Of a stretch of DNA of 64,000 bases, positions 41,985 to 50,493 are shown piece by piece. The position numbers were made by a program, and so were the translations under genes. Below the pieces are notes generated by a model. That model worked only from the letters and a program-made list of their open reading frames with translations. It had not been told where the DNA came from and searched no databases. Where the stretch lies: positions 5,580,001 to 5,644,000 of the forward strand of contig CAKKNE010000001.1 of the NCBI GenBank assembly GCA_918797485.1, given 5' to 3'. The stretch comes from Pelagomonas calceolata (lineage: Eukaryota). How positions within the stretch are numbered: the stretch's first letter is position 1; each line of letters opens with the position of its first letter.

Positions 41985-42806
41985 ATGTGGGCCGCGCGCC
42001 AAGCCGCGAGGACCCTGTCCCAAGCGGCCCGACCCATCGGCGCCGCCGCGACGGCCGTCGCCGCCGGCGCCGTCGCGTCCTGCAACGAGGACCACATCGG
42101 GGCCCAGGAATTACATTGGTCCAACCATGGGGCACTAGCAGCATTGGACGCCAAGTCCGTAAGGCGAGGCTTCCAGGTCTATAAGGAGGTCTGTGCTTCG
42201 TGCCACTCGGTCGAACGACTGGCCTTCCGCAATCTGGTCGAGTACGGCGCCTGGTCCGAGGAGGAGGTCAAGGCCATGGCCGAGGAGGTGGAGATTGTGG
42301 ATGGGCCCAACGACGAGGGCGAGATGTTCGAAAGGCCTGGGAAGCTGTCGGACTATATGCCCGGGCCGTACGCGAACGAGGAGGCCGGCCGAGCGGCCAA
42401 CAACGGCGCCTTACCTCCAGACTTATCACTCATCGTCAAGGCGCGGCACGGCGGCGCGGACTACATCTTTTCTCTACTTTCTGGATATTGTGAAGCCCCA
42501 GCCGGCAAGGCCATGCTTCCTGGTCTGTATTACAACCCCTACTTCGCGGGCGGCGCCATCGGCATGCCCGCACCGCTCATGGACGAGCAGGTCGAATACC
42601 CCGACGGCACGCCGGCCACGGTCTCGCAGATGGCGAAAGATGTGGCAGTGTTTTTAGCTTGGGTCGCCGAGCCCGAGCACGACGAGCGCAAGAAGGGTGG
42701 CTTCCGGTGGATCACGGCCTTGGGGCTGGCGGCGCTGGTCGCCGGGTATACGAAACGCTTCCGCTGGGCGAACCTCAAGGCGCGCAAGATCACGTACCAG
42801 TTCTGA
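41985..42806 (+). CDS. CYC1: Mitochondrial cytochrome c1
   Basis: RRGFQVYKEVCASCHS, PPDLSLI, NPYF.GG.IGM and DGTPAT.SQMAKDV. Confidence 0.97.
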   Translation: MWAARQAARTLSQAARPIGAAATAVAAGAVASCNEDHIGAQELHWSNHGALAALDAKSVRRGFQVYKEVCASCHSVERLAFRNLVEYGAWSEEEVKAMAEEVEIVDGPNDEGEMFERPGKLSDYMPGPYANEEAGRAANNGALPPDLSLIVKARHGGADYIFSLLSGYCEAPAGKAMLPGLYYNPYFAGGAIGMPAPLMDEQVEYPDGTPATVSQMAKDVAVFLAWVAEPEHDERKKGGFRWITALGLAALVAGYTKRFRWANLKARKITYQF

Positions 42807-42918
42807 GCTTGTCCGTCCCTCTCCCCCCTGACGTCTAACGGACTTAGTATATAGACACTTGCGTCGATGGCGTATAACGGGAGATTCGAGGAGGTATGTG
42901 AAACGAGTGGGGCGAGAT

Positions 42919-43893
42919 CTACGCTCGCTTCCGCTTTTTCAACTCGCCGTAGGCGACGAGTGCGAGGGCGGAGGTGATGGTGCGGAGCGCGTTGTAGCCG
43001 GCGCCACGGAAGAGCGCCCTGACGCCTTCGACGCGATAGATCTTCTTGAGGCAATCCAGGTTCCCTTTGTAGCGGCGCTCGCCGAGGGGCCGTTGCGCGT
43101 CCGCCTGCAGGCGGCGGCGCACCGTGTCGAAGGGGTAGCTGGCGTACGCGGCGCACAGTGCTGCGGACTGCGCGCACGTGAATTTAGAAACGATACCCTT
43201 GAGGCCCTCGTCGCGGATCCACGGCAGGATTGCTCGGAGCGTATCGTTCACGATGAAGTAGATCGCCCGGAACGGGATGATGCCGGCGACCGAGACGACG
43301 TAGCCTTCGTAGAGCCTCCGCACGTCGCCGTTCCAGTCTCGGAAGAAGTCGGCCATATTTGCGTATTTGGGCGACCCGTCATCATTCGTACAAATAAGAA
43401 GTTGCGTGCGGGCGGTGTCGAGTGGATACACCAAAGACAGCGAGCCGGCGCCCGCGATGCCTCCCGCGACGACGTTCACCGCCAAGGCGCGCCAGGGGTG
43501 CTTCTTGCGGTCCACCTTTGGCATCAGGCGCTTGATCTTGTCCTTGAAGGCGAAGTTGAAGGCCTGCGTCGGGAAGTAGCCCAGCACGTTCGCGAGGTTG
43601 CCGCGGTAGAACCCCTGCCAGCCCTCCCTTTCAAAAATTCGCCGCGCGCAGTCGAGCGCGCCCTCGTCGTCGTCTTCCGTACACTGGAGCTTGAGCTTGA
43701 TCGCCGCGAGGGGCGCGCTAATCGTCTTCGCGACGGCACCCGAGATGCCACCGGCGACGAATCGTCTGACCGCTTCAGTAAACCCTAAGCCGTCGACGGC
43801 CCCGGCCAGCTTGGCGCCCAGCGCGCCCGCGGCCACGGACAGCGCGACGCCGCCGCTGGCCAACGCGATCTCGCTGGTCCAGGTGCGCGGCAT
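42919..43893 (-). CDS. Mitochondrial carrier, ADP/ATP translocase-like
   Basis: RGNLANV..YFPTQAFNFAFKD, YPLD.AR and YPFDTVRRRL. Confidence 0.9.
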   Translation of the reverse strand: MPRTWTSEIALASGGVALSVAAGALGAKLAGAVDGLGFTEAVRRFVAGGISGAVAKTISAPLAAIKLKLQCTEDDDEGALDCARRIFEREGWQGFYRGNLANVLGYFPTQAFNFAFKDKIKRLMPKVDRKKHPWRALAVNVVAGGIAGAGSLSLVYPLDTARTQLLICTNDDGSPKYANMADFFRDWNGDVRRLYEGYVVSVAGIIPFRAIYFIVNDTLRAILPWIRDEGLKGIVSKFTCAQSAALCAAYASYPFDTVRRRLQADAQRPLGERRYKGNLDCLKKIYRVEGVRALFRGAGYNALRTITSALALVAYGELKKRKRA

Positions 43894-44189
43894 TCCTGTT
43901 CAATGCTGTGCACGCAGGGGGCTGCCTCGCCGTCGGCAGCAGTTTGCACGTGGCTCGCGGCGCGCGGGGCAGCTGTTTCGCGCAGCCGGTCCAGGGCGCA
44001 ACGGTAGGACTCTGGCTTGCGAAAATCGGGAGAGCGCGGCCGGGCAGAGGATAGCGGTGAGACACTAGCACCGAACCGGGAAAGATGATTGTGGCGTGAT
44101 TACACGGACTTCTACTACGACACGGCACGCGCGCACACCGTTGCGATATATCATACAATGGAAAGGTGAAGCAAGGTCAAACAACACAC

Positions 44190-46301
44190 TTACCCAGCCG
44201 CGTACCGGTCCCGCCCCGCACGGTGCCAGACGTGGACGTGGTCGAGGCCCTCGCGGGCGCGGAGCGACGAGCGCATGTCCTTCTCGAGGCAGTCGCAGAC
44301 GGCGCCGTGGAGGACCGGCCGCCCGCCCGCGGAGTGGCGGCCCTGGCCGACCTGGAAGAAGAGGTCCGGGTCGTTGCGCCACTCCGCGCGCTGCAGCACG
44401 TCCAGGACCTCGTCGACGACGAAGGTCGCGTCGCGCCGCGTCAGCCAGTGCAGGTCGACCTGGACGCGCTCGCCGTTCGAAAAGGCCGCGTGTAAATTCA
44501 CCAGCGCCTCGTTCAGCACGCCCTCCAATCCTAAATTGCGCGCCCGCTCGACGTCGCGCGCCTCGTCGAGGATGTGGCCGTTGTTCGCCGCGAAGTACAG
44601 CCCGGCCGCGCGGTCGCCCTGCTTCTCCGCGCGCTGGCGGAGCGCGGCGGCCCGCAACCTGTTGGAGTCGTCCGGCCGGTGCGACGCCCGCGCCAGCAGC
44701 TCGCGCCGCTGGTCGTACGTGCGGTCCGCCGCGAGGCGCTCCGCGTCGGCGGCCCGCCCGAGGGCGTAGTCGATGTTCCCAAAGACGTCGCCGCCGCTCT
44801 GCGCCGCGATCGCGTGCGCCGCCGACGTGCGGCTGGTCGTCGCCGCGCCCGCCGCCTGGTCGCGCGCCGCCTGGTCGGCGAGCTCGTCGAGCGACGGGTC
44901 CCGGCCCAGGCTCATAGCCGCCCTCTTTTCGATCTCGCGGGCCTCCTCGAGCAGCATGCGCTCGCGCCGCTGTTTTCTGTTCTCCTTTTGAGGCGCCTCG
45001 GCGGGCCGCGTTAATCGCGACGGCGGCTCGAGCTCGCGACGCCGTGCTGCCGCCTTTTCGTCCTCCTCGCGCGCCGTGAGCTCGCGCTGCACGCGCGCCG
45101 CCACCGAAAAGTCGTCCTCGGCCCGTTTCATGGCCTCGTGCTGCTGCCGCTCGAGCTCGAAGGCCAGGCGCGCGTCTTCATTTTCATCGCGCGCCGCGAG
45201 GCGCCTGACGGCCTCGAGGTTCGCCTCCTCCTCGAGGCGCCGCGCGAGCGCCTCATCGTCGAAGGCGAAAGCTTGATGGCGGTCGTCCTCCTGGGACTGG
45301 AGCGCGCGCGCGAGCGCCTCGTCGTCCGAGCCCGCCGCTTCGTAGGCGTCGCGGCGCGCGGCCTCCTCCTCGTCGAGCGTCATCGCGAGCGCGAGGTCCA
45401 GGTCGGCGTCGCCGCGGCGCCGCGGCGCGCGCTCCGCGTCGTGCGCCTCCTCGTGCTGCAGCGCGCGCGCGAGGAGCGCGTCGTCGCGCGTCCGCGCCTC
45501 GTCCTCCTCGTCCTCGTCCTCGAGCGCGAGCGCGACGGCGCGCGCGTAGGCCTCGTCCGAGCTCCCGCGGCGCAGCGGAACCTCGCCCGCCAGGCGCCGC
45601 GCCACCGCCGCGTCGCTCTCCGCCCGCATTTCCAGAGCGCGCTCGGCGTCGGCCATCTCGGACGCGAGGCGCGCCGCCGCCGCCGCGTCGTCGAGCTCGC
45701 GCTGCGCCGCGGCCGCCCGGGCCTCCCGCTCGTCGTCCTCGAGGAGCTGCGCCGCCAGCTCTTCGTCGCGCTTCCGCGCGGCGTCCCGTTCGCGCTCGTC
45801 GTCCGCCGCGAGCCGCGCCGCCAGCTCCTCGTCGCGCCGCCGCGCCTCGTCGAGCTCGCGCGCGCGCGCCGCGTCCGCCTCGTGGAGCTCCCGCGCGATC
45901 TCCGAGTCCCGCCGGCACGGCGTCGGTACTTCTGTTTGTTGCGGGATCGTTGCTCCCGTCGGTGTTGTCGGCTCGTCGAACAGCGCCGGCGCCGCCCCGG
46001 CGTCCTCCGCGGCGAATGGGTTCGGCGGGATCGGCGCCGGCGTCGTCGGCGTCGTGGGCTCGTCGAAGGGCTGGTCGAACGGGTTCGGCGGCTCGTCGAT
46101 TGTTTGTGGTGTGGTCTCCTCGTCGAAGGGCGTCGCTGCTGGCTCGTCAGGCGGCGGTGGCGGCGCAGCGGCGAGTGGCGGCTCCGGCGGACGCTCGTCG
46201 AGCGCGACCTCGACGCCCGTCACGTCGATTTGCTTCTCCTCGTCCTTGACCTCGTCTGCGACCTCGCCGCCGACGACGTCGTAGCTTGTCGTTTCATACA
46301 T
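44190..46301 (-). CDS. Smr-domain protein with many DxxLAxxL (ubiquitin-binding-like) repeats
   Basis: C-terminal VDLHWL...VGQGRHS; repeated DEELAARL, DEALARAL; NPF motifs. Confidence 0.75.
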   Translation of the reverse strand: MYETTSYDVVGGEVADEVKDEEKQIDVTGVEVALDERPPEPPLAAAPPPPPDEPAATPFDEETTPQTIDEPPNPFDQPFDEPTTPTTPAPIPPNPFAAEDAGAAPALFDEPTTPTGATIPQQTEVPTPCRRDSEIARELHEADAARARELDEARRRDEELAARLAADDERERDAARKRDEELAAQLLEDDEREARAAAAQRELDDAAAAARLASEMADAERALEMRAESDAAVARRLAGEVPLRRGSSDEAYARAVALALEDEDEEDEARTRDDALLARALQHEEAHDAERAPRRRGDADLDLALAMTLDEEEAARRDAYEAAGSDDEALARALQSQEDDRHQAFAFDDEALARRLEEEANLEAVRRLAARDENEDARLAFELERQQHEAMKRAEDDFSVAARVQRELTAREEDEKAAARRRELEPPSRLTRPAEAPQKENRKQRRERMLLEEAREIEKRAAMSLGRDPSLDELADQAARDQAAGAATTSRTSAAHAIAAQSGGDVFGNIDYALGRAADAERLAADRTYDQRRELLARASHRPDDSNRLRAAALRQRAEKQGDRAAGLYFAANNGHILDEARDVERARNLGLEGVLNEALVNLHAAFSNGERVQVDLHWLTRRDATFVVDEVLDVLQRAEWRNDPDLFFQVGQGRHSAGGRPVLHGAVCDCLEKDMRSSLRAREGLDHVHVWHRAGRDRYAAG

Positions 46302-46511
46302 GAATGCTGGTCTCCTTTACGCGCCGCGCGCGCGTTGCTGAAGTTGCCTTGTGGTGCGAATTCGATTGTATGGGCAGCGCACGCACGTGAACGCTCCAAG
46401 AACTTTGCGTAAGAGCTGCAGCGCTACGCGCACGTAGCTTCTATAGCGCCAGGTCCACGAATAGAGCCTGCTACAGCCCGTTTCCTGTCGTCTCCTGCAA
46501 ATTTGAGTCTA

Positions 46512-46538
46512 GCTAGCGGCTGTAAGACACTAGCAAGC
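46512..46538 (-). promoter_or_regulatory. Conserved intergenic motif copy (GCTAGCGGCTGTAAGACACTAGCAAGC)
   Basis: 1-nt deletion relative to consensus; divergent region. Confidence 0.6.
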
Positions 46539-47021
46539 AGCAAGGCCCAGGATCGCTTCCCGCCCGGCCAAGGGGTCTCTTGATCCCCCATCCGCGCGGG
46601 ATTGCTCTCAACCTATCGACGGTTTGCTCGATTATTTTGCCGCACTGAGTCGTTTGGAGCTCACAGCTACTCACCCAAGGGCTTTCAGGTGTCGCCACTC
46701 CCTGAGAAGGAGGCTGTGTATACGTATTCTCGCGCCACGCGCCCGCCGGTCTCGACGCGTCGCCCCTGAATAGCGCGGAGCACTCGAAGCTGTAAGTGCC
46801 CGGCCTAAAAAGTCTGCGCCCGCGCGCCGCGCGACACCCCCAGGGCACTGACGCGACGCCCCTCGCCCATCTGACCGCCGCCGCCGCCGTGGACGCGCCG
46901 CCGCACCGTCTGACCCCAGGACGCGGAGTCGCGGACGCGACAAAAAGAATTCACGCTGGCGTCGCCGCCGCTCTACCGGCCGCCGCCGCCCGGCGCCCCG
47001 CAAGACAGCATAGACATCATC

Positions 47022-47420
47022 ATGATGGCGCCCGGCCCGCTGGAGGCCCTGCCGGCGCTCCTCGACATCGTGGCCAACGACGAGCGCGCCGCGGAGCTCT
47101 CGGCCGCCCCCTCGAAGGAGCCGATGACGCTCAAGATCATCCGCGCGCGCGTGCGCATCGACTTCTACCCGTCGGCGCCGGCCATGGCCGTCGACGTGCG
47201 CAACCTGCTGCTGAGCGCCCGGGACCACTACGCCGGACGCGACACCGCCCTCGCCGGCCGCGCCATGGCGCTCCTGAGGCGCTTCGAGAACGCCCTTGCC
47301 CAGGAGGAGGGCCTCCCCGTCGACCCGGCGCACGAGGAGCCCATCTCCGCGCTCCAGGCCGAGCGGCTCGCCAAGCAAGACCAAAGAATTTCCCTTCTCC
47401 CCGTGCATAAGGCATATACG
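47022..47420 (+). other. Degenerate bromodomain-like coding fragment
   Basis: PMTLKIIRARV...AVDVRNLLLSARDHY...AMALLRRFE resembles bromodomain helices A-C; the ORF then runs antisense into the ankyrin gene. Confidence 0.4.
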
Positions 47421-47421
47421 C

Positions 47422-48189
47422 TTAGTAAAAACCGACATGGGCCCAGAAGTCGACGACGAGGGGTACCACGTCGGCGGGGATGCGGAGCTTCGGGACAAAC
47501 GTCGCGACGAGCCGCGCGCGGTGCGCCTTCTCGTGAGCCTTCCAGCCGCCCGCGGACACCACTTTGTGGATGTAGTCGTGGCCCGGTTTATTCTTCACCC
47601 TGTCAATATCATAATCTTGTGACACTCCACCGGCACGGAGGAGTAGAGGCCAGATGCGACGGCGTTTTCTCGTGTTCACAAGTTCTTTGGCCGGATCATC
47701 GTACGAGACAAAGGCGTTATCGAGCGGAGTCCGACCCCTTTCGCTCGCTTTGTTCACGTTCGCACCCGCCTTGATGAGCCGAAGCATGCACTCGCTGAGG
47801 CTACACGTTGCCGCGTCGTGCAATGGTGTTTCGCCCCAATGATCGGCCGCGTCCACCTTTGCACCGGCTTGTAAGAGCGAGTCTACAATGCGAACCCTGT
47901 CGCCATTTTCAACCCTGTCAACATCGGCTTCTGGAACATTAATCGTCAAATGCAGAGGCGTACTGACGTTATCGTCGACCTCGTTTGGGTCGGCGCCCGC
48001 TTTGAGGAGCTCGACAACACACTCGCGCTGACCAGCAATACACGCCCTATGAAGTACAGTCCGAGAGTAGGGAATTTGGGAATAATCGCGTGTCAAGCCA
48101 TAGTGGCCGAGCAGTCTCCGCAAGTTGGCCGCGTCTCCAGTCTCTGCGCAGTGGATCAGTTGTGCCGTCTCGCATTCTGACCGTAACAT
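47422..48189 (-). CDS. Ankyrin repeat protein
   Basis: TVLHRAC, TPLHL, GETPLHDA and GRTPL repeats. Confidence 0.85.
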   Translation of the reverse strand: MLRSECETAQLIHCAETGDAANLRRLLGHYGLTRDYSQIPYSRTVLHRACIAGQRECVVELLKAGADPNEVDDNVSTPLHLTINVPEADVDRVENGDRVRIVDSLLQAGAKVDAADHWGETPLHDAATCSLSECMLRLIKAGANVNKASERGRTPLDNAFVSYDDPAKELVNTRKRRRIWPLLLRAGGVSQDYDIDRVKNKPGHDYIHKVVSAGGWKAHEKAHRARLVATFVPKLRIPADVVPLVVDFWAHVGFY

Positions 48190-48316
48190 GACGCGCCCTG
48201 CTGATGATATAGGACACGCTCGCTAATGGCCGTGGGAAAACCCGTTTTGAAGGCTCGAGACGCAAGACTCCGAGTCGACCCCCAACGCCATCGACGCGAG
48301 ACTAGTAATCCCCACA

Positions 48317-49717
48317 TTACGCTTGCTGCGGCGCCTTCCCCTCGAAGAGCAGTCCGCCGATGTCCCGCGCGATGTCTAGCGTCGCGGACGGCCGCGCGGC
48401 CTCGAGCGCCTTCGACGACAGCCGCTCCCGCAGATTCAAGTCCGAAAACCACTTCGCGATGGTCTCGCCGATCTTCGCGGGCTTCTTGACGAACGCGCCG
48501 AAGCCATTCTCTACCACAAATTTCACGTTGCCGGCTTCTTGCCCCGGCAAGTGGGAAGATAATAAACAAGGCAAACCCCGCGTCGCGGCCTCGGCAATCG
48601 TACCGGGACCAGCTTTGGTCACGATGCAGTCGCTCGCCGCCATCCACTCGTCCATGTTATCAACAAAACCGAGGATCGTGGGTTTCACGTTGTCGGGCCA
48701 CTGTCTCTCCTCCAGCTCCTTTTTTACTTGCGCGTTCTTGCCGCAGACTACCACGAGTCCCGACGGGTCCTTCGCTTCGCCTAGAGCATCACCAAGGGCA
48801 GTCGCGACCTTGGCGATGCCCCCGACGCCGTCGCCGCCGCCGACGACTAATGCTGTAGGGACACCTGTGGTAAGTCCCAACTTGTTGCGTGTCGCTTCTT
48901 TGATTTTTTCAGAACCAGCAAGGTCCCAGAAGCCCTCCCGCAGCGGTAGGCCCCGCTTGATGATCTTGTCGTCCGGCACGCCACACCTCGAGGCCATCTT
49001 CTCCAAGGCATCTGAGGGTACAAACGTATAATCCCCTCGTCCGTCGAACCAGGTGTTGTGTGCGCTTCCCAGATCCGTGACTACGGTGACGAAGGGTGTC
49101 TTGCGAGAACCTCCGTCGATCTTCGCGAGCTGCCTCAGAGGTATGTCCTGGCACAACGGGTGGACGGACACAACTAAGTCCGGCTTGGCGTCCGCGATGC
49201 ACTTGCCAAATCTACGAGAACACTGGATCCGCGTCGCGATCTCCTGCAATTTCCGCGTCGGCCAGAAGCGCCCGTAGTACCACATCATGCGCCACATCCA
49301 CGTGCGCTTGGCCATCACTGCGTAGTACGGTACGAAATTCTTATAAGGCCAGCCCGCGTGCTCCGTCCAGATGTCGACGATCTCCGCGTCTATTTTTCCT
49401 GGGTATAACCTCTCAAGGGCATTCACCAGCGCTTTGGAGGAGGCGCGGTGGCCGCCGCCGGTATCAGACATGAGGAAGAGGACCTTCTTCTTCTTTCCCG
49501 TTGACGGTGTTTGTGCTTGCGCCGTACTATCAGAAGTGACGGCGGCGGCGGGACGCGACGTGAGCGTATGCGTGCGCCGCGCGTCGGGCCGGGCGATGCC
49601 CACATCTTGCGGCCTCGTGAGGTACTTGACTGCATCGACGCGCGGTCGTCGGCCGACCCGACTCCCGCGGAAGGCCGACGCGCTGCTCAGGAGCGCGAGG
49701 CACGCAGCGAGACGCAT
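48317..49717 (-). CDS. MGD: Monogalactosyldiacylglycerol synthase (GT28), plastid-targeted
   Basis: MSDTGGGHRAS, VSVHPLCQ, TVVTDL, VGGGDGVG, TKAGPGTIAEA and PGQEAGN; leader ending ASAF. Confidence 0.92.
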   Translation of the reverse strand: MRLAACLALLSSASAFRGSRVGRRPRVDAVKYLTRPQDVGIARPDARRTHTLTSRPAAAVTSDSTAQAQTPSTGKKKKVLFLMSDTGGGHRASSKALVNALERLYPGKIDAEIVDIWTEHAGWPYKNFVPYYAVMAKRTWMWRMMWYYGRFWPTRKLQEIATRIQCSRRFGKCIADAKPDLVVSVHPLCQDIPLRQLAKIDGGSRKTPFVTVVTDLGSAHNTWFDGRGDYTFVPSDALEKMASRCGVPDDKIIKRGLPLREGFWDLAGSEKIKEATRNKLGLTTGVPTALVVGGGDGVGGIAKVATALGDALGEAKDPSGLVVVCGKNAQVKKELEERQWPDNVKPTILGFVDNMDEWMAASDCIVTKAGPGTIAEAATRGLPCLLSSHLPGQEAGNVKFVVENGFGAFVKKPAKIGETIAKWFSDLNLRERLSSKALEAARPSATLDIARDIGGLLFEGKAPQQA

Positions 49718-50078
49718 TTTGACGCGTACGCTGCGGTAAAGCTAGCTTCGTCCAAGGGCAAGTTGCAAGCGCTAGATAAGGGCGCTAGGAATTTTCGGGC
49801 AGCGGAAGCAGCCCTCTGGCGCTTCCCATACGACTTACGAACGCCCTCGCGGCGTCTGGCGCCTGTTCGTCGGGATTTGCGAGGCCCTGGTTTTCGCATG
49901 CCACAGCGCTTGCCCACCGGACGCGCGCGCACGGAAGCGTGGGGCAGCCTTTACACCACTATCCGTCTGTTTCAAGGCCTCACCCATTGAGGGCATCCGT
50001 CGCACAGCGCGCACGCGGCGGGGAGAGCCACACCAATACCAGCCAGGCCTACTGCCCAGGTAGAGCCGCGGGACAAAC

Positions 50079-50447
50079 ATGGGCGAGGAGTGGCAGAACT
50101 CCGAGGACACGGCCTTCCAGCCCGAAGAGGTCGAACCTCTCCTGAATGATGTGGTCGCAAAAGTACTGGCGAACGAGGTCTACGACGAAAGTAAGGTCGC
50201 CACCTGGGTTGATAGAATATGCGACCAAAGCATGCAGAAGCTCACGCAGATGAACAAGCCCTTCAAATACGTCGTGACCTGCATCCTCATGCAGAAGAAC
50301 GGCGCGGGCGTGCACACCGGGCAGAGTTGCTTCTGGGACGTCGCGAACGACAACTGCGCGCGCATCGCGTATCCGTTGGCTTCGAAGAAGCAGGCCTACG
50401 ACCCGCGGATGTACTGCGTCGTGACCTGCTTCGGGGTGTCCATGTAG
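50079..50447 (+). CDS. DYNLT1: Dynein light chain Tctex-type
   Basis: KPFKYVVTCILMQKNGAG, CFWD..D and MYCVVTCFG. Confidence 0.9.
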   Translation: MGEEWQNSEDTAFQPEEVEPLLNDVVAKVLANEVYDESKVATWVDRICDQSMQKLTQMNKPFKYVVTCILMQKNGAGVHTGQSCFWDVANDNCARIAYPLASKKQAYDPRMYCVVTCFGVSM

Positions 50448-50493
50448 TAAAAACAGTTATCACATTTCGCGTCGATGGCGTGGAGGCGTAGAG

